A stretch of DNA of 31,051 bases from Candidatus Methylomirabilia bacterium (GCA_041492755.1 JBGPXN010000044.1:1-31051), one strand, 5' to 3'; shown: positions 18,291 to 26,264, counted from the first letter of the stretch. The notes: generated from the letters alone by a model not told the origin. Made by a program: numbers and translations.

Positions 18291-19283
18291 ATGCCGTTTG
18301 GGTTTTACGTACGGCTCACACGGACGCAGCAGGCGATCTACCGCCGCAGCGACGCGATCGCCGAGGTCCGGCTGCCGCATCCCGGGTCACTGCACCCGCT
18401 GGTCGCCGGGCTCGAGCACGCGCTCCTTACCGAGAATTGCGCCACGACCGCCACCGCCACCGACCGCCTGGTCCGGGGCCTCACCGACGCGCTCGGCGCG
18501 CCGCCGTGCCGCGTCGAAGTCCTGGCCGCGCGACCGCACGCGCGTTGGGGTGAGCTGCACGGTCTCTACACCGCCGAGCGTGGGAAAATACCGACGATCC
18601 AGCTCTGGATGCGGACGGCCAAGCAGCGACGGGTGGTGGCGTTCCGCACATATCTGCGGACGCTGCTGCACGAGGTGGGGCATCACGTGGACTACACCGT
18701 GCTGCGCCTGCCGGACTCGATCCACACCGAAGGCTTTTACAAGCGGGAGTCGAGCCTGTTTCACCAGCTCGTTCCCACGGGGAGGGATGCCATGCCGACG
18801 CTGGAAGAATACGCCCAGAGGCCGATTGCCGATCGCCTGGCCCGCTTGGAGCGCACCGCCGACGAGCTGGCGGCGGCCGTCAAGGGCCAGACCGACGCCG
18901 TCCTCTCGCGCCGGCCCGACGCCAAGAACTGGGCGGCCAAGGAAGTGGTCTGCCACCTCCGCGACACCGAAGAGGCGTTTTACGCGCGTTTCGAGATGAT
19001 CCGCGCGATGGACGGCGTCAAGTTGATCGGCGCCAACCCCGATCGCTGGGCCGACGAGCGCCAGTACCTCCGCAACGACGCCACCGAGGCGGTCGACGCC
19101 TTCCGCAAGCGCCGGCACGACTCGCTCGGGTTGCTGCGCACGCTGACCCCGGTGGAGCTGCAACGCGGCGGCGTCCACGCCGTGCGCGGTCGCATGACGA
19201 TCGACGACTTCGTCACGCTCATGGCCTGGCACGACGACAACCACCTCGACCAGCTCAAGCGCGCGCTCGACGGCAAGGCCTGA
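18291..19283 (+). CDS. HEXXH zinc-metalloprotease-like domain fused in frame to a DinB/YfiT-like domain
   Basis: N-terminal half has ELHGLY...IQLWMRTA...LLHEVGHHVDY...HTEGFYKRE. C-terminal half has WAAKEVVCHLRDTE...HAVRGRMT...MAWHDDNHLDQL. Internal SD plus ATG at 18792. Confidence 0.82.
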   Translation: MPFGFYVRLTRTQQAIYRRSDAIAEVRLPHPGSLHPLVAGLEHALLTENCATTATATDRLVRGLTDALGAPPCRVEVLAARPHARWGELHGLYTAERGKIPTIQLWMRTAKQRRVVAFRTYLRTLLHEVGHHVDYTVLRLPDSIHTEGFYKRESSLFHQLVPTGRDAMPTLEEYAQRPIADRLARLERTADELAAAVKGQTDAVLSRRPDAKNWAAKEVVCHLRDTEEAFYARFEMIRAMDGVKLIGANPDRWADERQYLRNDATEAVDAFRKRRHDSLGLLRTLTPVELQRGGVHAVRGRMTIDDFVTLMAWHDDNHLDQLKRALDGKA

Positions 19284-19365
19284 CCGCGCCGACGACCGAA
19301 CCGACGGCGACGTATCGGACCGACCCCGTGGACCCGACCGCCGGTGACGACTGCGCGGCGCGCGG

Positions 19366-19437
19366 CGACGTGTGCATGCTCGCGGTCTGCCACTGACCGT
19401 CCCGCTTCACCCGCGTGATGCCGTAGTCGCAGATCAC
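19366..19437 (-). pseudogene. Possible remnant of an NTF2/SnoaL/DUF4440-like C-terminus
   Basis: The minus frame reads VICDYGITRVKRDGQWQTASMHTS, resembling the 'VKRDG.W.I...H.S' end of NTF2-like proteins. There is no intact gene. Confidence 0.35.
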
Positions 19438-19463
19438 GACGGACAGCGGGGCGGCCGCGACGG

Positions 19464-19733
19464 TTAGCGGCCTGACGGGTAGGGGGTGCGGATCGGGGCC
19501 TGCTGCTGTTGTGTCTTCGCGGGGGCGCGGCCGGGACTGACGCTCACCCAGCCGCGGGCGCGCATGCACTCTTCATCGACCTTGCCGCTCTTCGAGCACT
19601 CGCGCATGTCCTTCCGGAACTCTTCCGTGGTGTACTTCTCGCCGACTTTCATCCACTCCTTCTCGTCGGTCGCGGCGCAGCCCGCGAGAAAGACTATGGA
19701 CACGGCGCTCGCGAGGAGGTAAAAGCGTCGCAT
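19464..19733 (-). CDS. Small hypothetical lipoprotein (89 aa)
   Basis: MRRFYLLASAVSIVFLAGC lipobox and a W...F..D..EC...CM.ARGW pattern. TACAAT lies 9 nt upstream of the ATG. Confidence 0.85.
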   Translation of the reverse strand: MRRFYLLASAVSIVFLAGCAATDEKEWMKVGEKYTTEEFRKDMRECSKSGKVDEECMRARGWVSVSPGRAPAKTQQQQAPIRTPYPSGR

Positions 19734-19781
19734 TTCGCCGTCATTGTAGCGGGTGTATGGTCTGGATGGGAGTCCTCGATC

Positions 19782-20486
19782 ATGAACACCCGCTGGAGCC
19801 AGGGAGTCTGGGAAGCGCTCGTGGACCTCGGCGACCGGCTGGTCGCCAGCCTGCCCGCCCTGCTCGTCATGGCGACCCTGCTGCTGCTCGGGTTCGTCCT
19901 GGGCTGGATCGTTCGCGCGCTCGTGAGCCGCATCACCCGGGCCGTCGGCTTCAATCGCTACATGGAGCAGTGGGGCGTGGGCCCGACCCTCCGGCGCTCC
20001 GGCATCCTGCGCACCCCGGCCGACGCGCTCGGGCTCGGCGCCTTCTGGGTCGTGTTCGTCTTGTTCGCGAGCCTGGCGATCGACGCGCTCGCTGTCCCCG
20101 GCGCCGGAAGCGCCGTCGGCTTTCTCCTCGCGTTGCTGCCACCCTTCTTCGCCGCGCTCCTGATCCTCGTCGTCGGCTGGGTCGTGGCGAACTTCGTGAG
20201 CCAGGGACTGCTCATTGCCGCCGTGAACGCCGGCGTGCCCGAAGCGCGACTGCTCGCCCGCGCCGCGCACTGGGGCATCATCCTCTTCGCGATCGCGACC
20301 GCGCTCACTCAACTCGGCATCGGCAAGGAGATGGTCCTGGTCGCGTTCGGCATCATCTTCGGCGGTCTCGTCTTCGCGCTCGCGCTCGCGTTCGGCCTCG
20401 GCGGCCGCGGCATCGCCCACGATCTGCTCCGGCGCCGACGCCGGCGCGACGAAGCGCCACCGGAAGAGCGCCTGACGCATCTCTAA
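19782..20486 (+). CDS. Membrane protein with TM-helix repeats (CmpX / MscS N-terminal-like)
   Basis: Two LP...A.L.L..GW repeats, ALTQLGIG and ALALAFGLGGR. Start at ATG 19782 with GGGAG upstream. Confidence 0.85.
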   Translation: MNTRWSQGVWEALVDLGDRLVASLPALLVMATLLLLGFVLGWIVRALVSRITRAVGFNRYMEQWGVGPTLRRSGILRTPADALGLGAFWVVFVLFASLAIDALAVPGAGSAVGFLLALLPPFFAALLILVVGWVVANFVSQGLLIAAVNAGVPEARLLARAAHWGIILFAIATALTQLGIGKEMVLVAFGIIFGGLVFALALAFGLGGRGIAHDLLRRRRRRDEAPPEERLTHL

Positions 20487-20592
20487 CCTCGGAGGGGGGC
20501 TCCGGCCCCCTTCCGACGCTGCGCGGGCCTCTCGGCCCGCTTCGCTGCCTCCCCCTTCGATTGCGCCGGCGGAGCCGGCGCTCGGAACGGTC
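20487..20592 (+). repeat. Structured intergenic repeat, copy C
   Basis: Three hairpins: tcggaggggggc/gcccccttccga, gcgggcc/ggcccgc, gcgccggc-gga-gccggcgc. Starts directly after the TAA stop. Confidence 0.85.
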
Positions 20593-20648
20593 TTCATCCT
20601 CCGATACTGCTCCCATCGTCTCAAAGGGGAGTCGAGACTCGCTGGTGC

Positions 20649-21710
20649 TCAGCGGGCGGCGCCGATGTATTTGGGGCGGAAGAGCACGTAGCCGACGCCG
20701 GCGCGCTCGAGCCAGACGCGGATCAGCTCCGATTTGGGGTAGCGGCGGCGGACGGCGGCGTTGGTCGGGGCGGCGGGGTCGTTGACGATCACGTCGTCGC
20801 CTTCCTCGGCGACGAGCACGATCAGGTGGCCCGGGGTTTCTACGATGGCGGCGCCGGTCAGCTCGCCGGCGCGATAGCGGACGGAGGCGATCACGGGGAG
20901 GCCTCTGCGCAGGCACCAGGATGCAGAGTCCCAGTCCGGGAAGCGCAAGAGGTAGCCCGCGATGCCGCGACGCGCGGCGGCGCGGATGGCGGCGGGCCAG
21001 ACCCCGTAGAGATCGAGCGCCGGGTGGTACATCTCGGCTGCGAGCGCGGCCAGCGCGACGCGAACGTTCCAGGCGCGCAGGACCATGGCCACGCTCGCTG
21101 GCGAGCAGATGCGCGGTGCGAGCGCGGCGGGTGCCCGCATCTGGCTCAGCACCGGGACGGTGCGCACACTGCCGGCGCCCACGGTGGGGGCGGAATTCCC
21201 GCGCGCTCCACGCGGGGCCACCGCAGCCACGGCCTCGTTCGTCGCGCCGACGAGTTCCACCGCGTCCCGCGCCGGCGGTCCGCCTGGAGCCGCGATCGCT
21301 CCGGCGACGTCGCACGCCGACAGCGTGATCAACGCCGGTCGGCGAAGAGCGGTGGCGTCGCGGAGGGGGAGGCGCAGGCGAAGACGCACGCGCGCGGCCG
21401 GGGCCTCCGCCACGAAGAGGTCGACGTCGGACGCCAGTCCGGCCACCGCCGTCGCAACCGGCGTGAGCCGCGCGGGACCAAGAGTCGCCGCCCCGACCCA
21501 GTCCGACCATCCGCCGGCGGTGAGCACCGACAGCTCGAAGCGGTATGTCACGTTGCCTGCACGCAGCAGGGTGCACGCCGGAACGAAATGGCGCGCGCGG
21601 CGGCGGGGGCGCCACTCACGTAGCGCCACGACGACGTCGTCTCCTCGCGTGCTCGTCGACGGCCACCGATCGACGCCGCGGCGGCACGCGGGAGGAATCG
21701 CGCCGAGCAC
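20649..21710 (-). CDS. Peptidase C39-like family protein (start uncertain)
   Basis: VPVLSQM...ICSPASVAMVL (Cys), GHLIVL (His), VIVNDPAA (Asp). Start is GTG 21710 or possibly CTG 21758; ATG 21890 would overlap the opposite-strand gene. Confidence 0.82.
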   Translation of the reverse strand: MLGAIPPACRRGVDRWPSTSTRGDDVVVALREWRPRRRARHFVPACTLLRAGNVTYRFELSVLTAGGWSDWVGAATLGPARLTPVATAVAGLASDVDLFVAEAPAARVRLRLRLPLRDATALRRPALITLSACDVAGAIAAPGGPPARDAVELVGATNEAVAAVAPRGARGNSAPTVGAGSVRTVPVLSQMRAPAALAPRICSPASVAMVLRAWNVRVALAALAAEMYHPALDLYGVWPAAIRAAARRGIAGYLLRFPDWDSASWCLRRGLPVIASVRYRAGELTGAAIVETPGHLIVLVAEEGDDVIVNDPAAPTNAAVRRRYPKSELIRVWLERAGVGYVLFRPKYIGAAR

Positions 21711-21831
21711 GGCCCGTGCGTCGAGGCCGGCGGCAGCCGCGAAGAGGTCGGTGATCAGGAGAGTCTTACCGGCATCTCGATTGCAGCCGGTGCGCGACAA
21801 CCGTGAGCATCGGTTCGGGGGAGGATCGCCT

Positions 21832-22020
21832 ATGACGTTCGGTAAGTGCATCTGGGACGGCTGCACCCGCCATGCCGTCAAGGAAACCACCAGCGCCTGC
21901 CGTGATCACCACGCGGCGCTTCGTGATCATCGCTGCGAGAAGTGCCAGGGACCGCTCGCCAGCCGAGTCGAGCAGGATCGCCGGCACTGCCGTCGTTGCG
22001 CGGCAGTGCGCGCCGCCTGA
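21832..22020 (+). CDS. Small Cys/His-rich putative zinc-binding protein (62 aa)
   Basis: SD GGAGG precedes the ATG. Sequence MTFGKCIWDGCTRHAVKETTSACRDHHAALRDHRCEKCQGPLASRVEQDRRHCRRCAAVRAA has Cx4C, CxxHH and two CxxC. Confidence 0.75.
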   Translation: MTFGKCIWDGCTRHAVKETTSACRDHHAALRDHRCEKCQGPLASRVEQDRRHCRRCAAVRAA

Positions 22021-22029
22021 CCGGCCGCG

Positions 22030-22475
22030 CATTTCGCGTTCACGAACGTCTTCTCTCGCTCCCTCGGAGCCCGCGCGATCGTCTGCGCTTCGATTGCTCG
22101 AGGTGAGCTGCGCGGAGTAGACGATGCCGCCGTGGGCATCGGAGCAAACGATTGGGAAGGAAATGATCCGCTCAGGGAATCTTTTTCGTCAGGAGTGGCC
22201 GCGGGACGGGGATGCGGCCTCGACACGCCCTGAACATGAGCGGGCCGTGGACAGGTCTCCCCGTCCACGGCCGGCTTCGGTGAGTTGCGCAGGTTACTCT
22301 GCGCGTCCCGGCAAAAGCCGGGATCTACTCGACTGCTTCGATCTAGGCGTCGCAAGGAGCCGCTAGCAGGCTCCCTCCAACGCGGCTACTTGGTCCGGTG
22401 GCTCATTTTCCATCCGCACCTCCTGGCCGGAGTGGCTGCCACGTCGATGACACGAATCGCTCCGCGTCACCGCAT
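22030..22475 (-). ncRNA. Candidate large structured RNA of unrecognised family
   Basis: At least seven stems, one with a GAGA tetraloop on the minus strand, no convincing long CDS, and a sigma70 promoter immediately upstream. Confidence 0.5.
22363..22413 (-). CDS. Candidate 16-aa peptide MENEPPDQVAALEGAC
   Basis: AGGAGGT at 22424-22418, 4 nt before the ATG, inside the putative transcript. Confidence 0.3.
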   Translation of the reverse strand: MENEPPDQVAALEGAC

Positions 22476-22479
22476 TCCG

Positions 22480-22507
22480 AGTTTACGCTCGGCGCCGTGG
22501 TGGTCAA
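22480..22507 (-). promoter_or_regulatory. sigma70-type promoter
   Basis: TTGACC (22507-22502), 16-nt spacer, TAAACT (22485-22480). Confidence 0.7.
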
Positions 22508-22607
22508 GGGCCAAGTTCGGCGTCACGCCGGGCCCGGTCGAACATGGATGTTCCTTCCTTCCCACGGCAATCGCCTCGCGTCGTCGCCGGATTCGACCGG
22601 AGCGCCA

Positions 22608-23633
22608 TCATACGCCGGGAGCATTCTCGACGACCAGCACCCCGGACCCCCGCACCTCGCCGCGCTTGAGGGCGAGGAGAGCGCGGTTGGCGGCCTCGAG
22701 CGGAAACGTCGTCACTTCCGCGCGCACCGGCACCGTCACCGCTTCGGCCAGGAAGGCAACGGCGTCGGCGCGCGTGTTGGCGGTGACGCTGCGCACGATG
22801 CGCTCGCGGAACAAGTCCGCGTAGGGGAAGCTCGGGATGTCGCTCATGTAGATTCCGGCCAGGGCCAGCGTGCCGCCCGGCGCGAGGTGACGGAGCGCGA
22901 CGGGCACGAGCGAGCCGACGGGCGCGAAGACGATCGCGCCTTCCGTCGGCGCCGGCGGCGCGTCCCCGAGGTCGCCGGCCCAGGCCGCGCCCAGGCGGCG
23001 CGCGAGGTCGCGATGGCCGGGCTCTCGCGTCCACACGTACACCTCGGTGCCGCGGGCGCGCGCGATCTGCAGCGTGATGTGCGCCGAGGAGCCGAAACCG
23101 TACATGCCGAGGCGTTCGCCCGGCCGCACGCCGGCGAGGGTCAGCGCTCGATAGCCGATGATGCCGGCGCAGAGCAGCGGGGCGGCGGCGACGTCGCTGA
23201 AGCCGTCGGGCACCGCATACGCGAACGCGGCCGGCGCCACGCAATAGTCGGCGTAGCCGCCGTCGGCGTGGTAGCCGGTGAAGCTCGCCGCCTCGCAGAG
23301 GTTCTCGCGGCCGGTCGTACAGTACGGGCAGACACCGCAGGTGTGACGCAGCCAGGCCACGCCGACGCGGTCGCCCGGCGCGAACCGTCCGGCGCGCGCT
23401 CCCGTCTCGATCACGCGGCCGACGATCTGGTGACCCGGAACCACGCTCGGCCGGACCGGTGGCAGCTCACCCTCGACGACGTGCAGATCGGTGCGGCACA
23501 CGCCACAGGCGGTGACACGGACGAGGACGTCGTCGGGGCCGGGGGCCGGCCGGGGTCGCAACTCGGCACGCAGCGGTGCGGTGTCGATCGGCGCGGGCGC
23601 ATGGAGCACCATGGCGCGCCCGGCCACCGGCAT
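22608..23633 (-). CDS. Zinc-dependent alcohol dehydrogenase family protein (AdhP-like)
   Basis: Motifs CGVCRTDLH, PGHQIVG, CGVCPYC..GRENLC, APLLCAG, GMYGFGSSA. Confidence 0.93.
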   Translation of the reverse strand: MPVAGRAMVLHAPAPIDTAPLRAELRPRPAPGPDDVLVRVTACGVCRTDLHVVEGELPPVRPSVVPGHQIVGRVIETGARAGRFAPGDRVGVAWLRHTCGVCPYCTTGRENLCEAASFTGYHADGGYADYCVAPAAFAYAVPDGFSDVAAAPLLCAGIIGYRALTLAGVRPGERLGMYGFGSSAHITLQIARARGTEVYVWTREPGHRDLARRLGAAWAGDLGDAPPAPTEGAIVFAPVGSLVPVALRHLAPGGTLALAGIYMSDIPSFPYADLFRERIVRSVTANTRADAVAFLAEAVTVPVRAEVTTFPLEAANRALLALKRGEVRGSGVLVVENAPGV

Positions 23634-23642
23634 GTGGACGGC

Positions 23643-24545
23643 TCAGCCGCTGCCGGCCGGCGCGCCGGCCCGGGCCAGGATCTTGCGGGCGCGGCTCAGG
23701 TGCGGGGCGTCGACCATCTGACCGTTGAAGGTGAACGCGTACACGCCCCGCCGCGCGTGCTCCTCGAACGCCGCCACCAGCGCGCGCGCCTCGGCCACGA
23801 CCTCGGCGGCCGGGGTGAACGCGGCGTTGATCACCGGGATCTGCCCGGGGTGAATGGAGATCTTCCCGGTGAAGCTCATCGCGACGCCTTCCTCGCACTC
23901 GGCGCGCAGGCCGGCGAGATCGGCGATGTCCGTGTACACGGTGTCGAGCGCCTCCACCCCGACCGCGGAGGCGACGATCGCGCACATGGTGCGCGCGTAG
24001 CGTGGAATGTCGAGATAGCGGCCGGCGCCGTCGCGCACGCGGCCCAGCCCCATCGCCGCGCCCAGGTCCTCGACACCCCACGAGATCGCGACGACACGCG
24101 AGCTGGCCGCCGCCACCTCGCGGATGTTGAGGAGTCCCTCGGGCGTCTCGGTGGCGATGAGCACCAGCCGCGTGCTGCCGTGGGGAATGCCGTGGCGCCG
24201 CTCCAGCCCGTCGAGGAGCTGCGCGACTTGCTGCACGTCGCCCGCGTGGCGCGGCTTGGGGACGACGTAGCCGTCCGGACGGGCGCCGATGGTCGCCGCC
24301 AGGTCGTCGGCGCCGAGTCCGGTCGCGATCGGGTTCATGCGAACCCAGCGCTCGCGCCCGCCGAAGTCGAGCTCCGCGAGCCAGCGGTGAACGATCGGTC
24401 GCGTCGCCTCCTTGCGGTCGGGCGCCACCGCGTCCTCCAGGTCGAGGATCAGGCCGTCCGCCTCGAGCGTGAGCGCCCTGGCCATCATCCGCTCGTTGCC
24501 GCCGGGGACGAAGTGGAGCGAGCGGCGACGCCGCGGGCCGATCAT
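23643..24545 (-). CDS. CitE/HpcH family acyl-CoA ester lyase
   Basis: Motifs [61 protein letters not shown] overlaps the upstream TGA. Confidence 0.92.
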   Translation of the reverse strand: MIGPRRRRSLHFVPGGNERMMARALTLEADGLILDLEDAVAPDRKEATRPIVHRWLAELDFGGRERWVRMNPIATGLGADDLAATIGARPDGYVVPKPRHAGDVQQVAQLLDGLERRHGIPHGSTRLVLIATETPEGLLNIREVAAASSRVVAISWGVEDLGAAMGLGRVRDGAGRYLDIPRYARTMCAIVASAVGVEALDTVYTDIADLAGLRAECEEGVAMSFTGKISIHPGQIPVINAAFTPAAEVVAEARALVAAFEEHARRGVYAFTFNGQMVDAPHLSRARKILARAGAPAGSG

Positions 24546-24994
24546 GCCGGGCGGCGGCGCATCATCGCCTGGCGGCGGGCGCGCATCACGAGATCGCCGT
24601 GCTGATTGCGGGCGCGATGCTCGAAGGTCACGATGCCCCACTGCGGGCGCGAGCGGGATTCGCGCTTGTCGACGACTTCGGTCTCCGCGTAGATCGTGTC
24701 GCCGTGGAACACCGGCTTGGGGAACTCGACCTTCTCGAACCCGAGATTGCCGACGGTCGTTCCCAGCGTCGTCTCCCCCACCGACAGGCCCACGGCGATC
24801 CCGAGCGTGAGCAGGCTGTTGACCAGCGGCTTGCCGAACTCCGACTGGGCGGCCGCGTGGAAGTCGACGTGCAGCGGCTGGGGATTCATGGTGAGGCAGG
24901 AGAAGAAGACATTGTCGGCTTCGGTGATGCTCCGCCCCGGCTGGTGCTTGAACGTCTGCCCGACTTCGAGCTCCTCGTAGAGCTTGCCCGCCAT
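24542..24994 (-). CDS. MaoC family dehydratase
   Basis: Motifs GKLYEEL.VG...[44 protein letters not shown] upstream. Confidence 0.92.
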   Translation of the reverse strand: MAGKLYEELEVGQTFKHQPGRSITEADNVFFSCLTMNPQPLHVDFHAAAQSEFGKPLVNSLLTLGIAVGLSVGETTLGTTVGNLGFEKVEFPKPVFHGDTIYAETEVVDKRESRSRPQWGIVTFEHRARNQHGDLVMRARRQAMMRRRPA

Positions 24995-25052
24995 CAACCG
25001 CCCTCCTCGATCGGCCGCATGTCGCGGCGCTGCCGGCGTATACTACCTCGCC

Positions 25053-26264
25053 ATGTCGCGGCAATACGACGTAGCCATCATCGGCGGCGGGATCGTGTCC
25101 CTCGGCACCGCCCGGGCGCTCACCGAACGGGCTCCCCACGCGCAGATCGTCATCCTCGAGAAAGAGACGCAGCTGGCCACCCACCAGACCGGCCACAACA
25201 GCGGCGTCATCCATTCGGGCATCTACTACAAGCCCGGCTCCTACAAGGCCAGGCTGTGCGTCGAGGGCGCGCGGCTGATGACCGAGTTCTGCGCGGAGCA
25301 CGGGATCCAGGTGCAGCGGGTGGGCAAGCTCATCGTCGCCATCACGCCCGAGGAGCGGCCGCGGCTGGCCACGCTCTACGAGCGCGGCATCGCCAACGGC
25401 GTTCCCGGCATCAAGATGATCGACGCCGACCGCGCCCGCGAGATCGAGCCGCATGCCTCCGTGGTGGAGGCGATCCACTCGCCGAACACCGCCATCGTCG
25501 ACTACAAGGAAGTCGCCGCCGCCATGGCGAGCGAGCTGAAGTCGCGCGGCGTGGTCATCGAGACCGACGCCCGCGTCAACGCCATCCTCCGCACCCGGGA
25601 CGGCGTCGAGCTGGGGACACCGCGGATCGGCGTGCGCGCGCGCCGGATCATCAACTGCGCGGGGCTCTACTCCGACACGGTGGCGCGGATGGCCGGGGCG
25701 GATGCGGACGTGCAGATCATCCCGTTCCGCGGCGAGTACTACTTCCTGCGTCCCGAGCGCAGCGACCTGGTGCGCGGGCTCATCTATCCGGTGCCGGATC
25801 CGGAGTTCCCGTTCCTGGGCGTGCACTTCACGCGGACGGTGCACGGCGAGGTGGAGGCCGGACCGAACGCGGTCTTTGCCTTCAAGCGCGAGGGCTACCG
25901 GTTCGGCGACGTCGACGCCCGCGAGCTCGCCGAGTCGTTGCGGTTCCGTGGATTCTGGCTGATGGCGCGCAAGTACTGGCGGACCGGGACGTACGAGATG
26001 TATCGCTCGCTCAGCAAGGCCGCGTTCGTGAGCGCGCTCCAGCGGCTCGTCCCCGGCGTGCGCGCCGAAGACGTCACCCGCGGCGGCGCCGGCGTGCGCG
26101 CCCAGGCGGTGAGCCCGGACGGCTCGCTCGTCGACGACTTCCGCATCGTCGCCAGCGCCGACGCGATCCACGTGCTCAACGCCCCCTCGCCGGGCGCGAC
26201 CGCGTCGCTGGCGATCGGCCGGCACATCGCGGGCCTCGCCACGGAGAACTTCGGGCTCACATAA
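25053..26264 (+). CDS. lhgO: L-2-hydroxyglutarate oxidase-like FAD oxidoreductase
   Basis: Motifs IIGGGIV, HQTGHNSGVIHSGIYYKPGS.KA, PFRGEYY, LIYPVPDP.FPFLGVHFT, GPNA, GVRAQA, NAPSPGATASL. ATG at 25053 lies 8 nt after TATACT. Confidence 0.92.
   Translation: MSRQYDVAIIGGGIVSLGTARALTERAPHAQIVILEKETQLATHQTGHNSGVIHSGIYYKPGSYKARLCVEGARLMTEFCAEHGIQVQRVGKLIVAITPEERPRLATLYERGIANGVPGIKMIDADRAREIEPHASVVEAIHSPNTAIVDYKEVAAAMASELKSRGVVIETDARVNAILRTRDGVELGTPRIGVRARRIINCAGLYSDTVARMAGADADVQIIPFRGEYYFLRPERSDLVRGLIYPVPDPEFPFLGVHFTRTVHGEVEAGPNAVFAFKREGYRFGDVDARELAESLRFRGFWLMARKYWRTGTYEMYRSLSKAAFVSALQRLVPGVRAEDVTRGGAGVRAQAVSPDGSLVDDFRIVASADAIHVLNAPSPGATASLAIGRHIAGLATENFGLT

Noticed and set aside
16060..20592. 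Hairpin repeats as a CRISPR array
   Set aside because: The copies are dispersed kilobases apart, divergent, in both orientations, and have no spacers or cas genes.
21927..22366. ORFs 22124..22366 (+) and 21927..22355 (-) as proteins
   Set aside because: Atypical codon usage, no convincing SD or motifs, and they coincide with dense RNA-like stems. Not formally excluded.
22030..22475. Identification as tmRNA, RNase P RNA, SRP RNA, hammerhead ribozyme or c-di-GMP/c-di-AMP riboswitch
   Set aside because: Hallmark motifs are absent: no tRNA-like ends or tag peptide, no GAGGAAAGTCC, no SRP loop. CTGACGA is present on the minus strand but lacks stem II and the rest of the hammerhead core.
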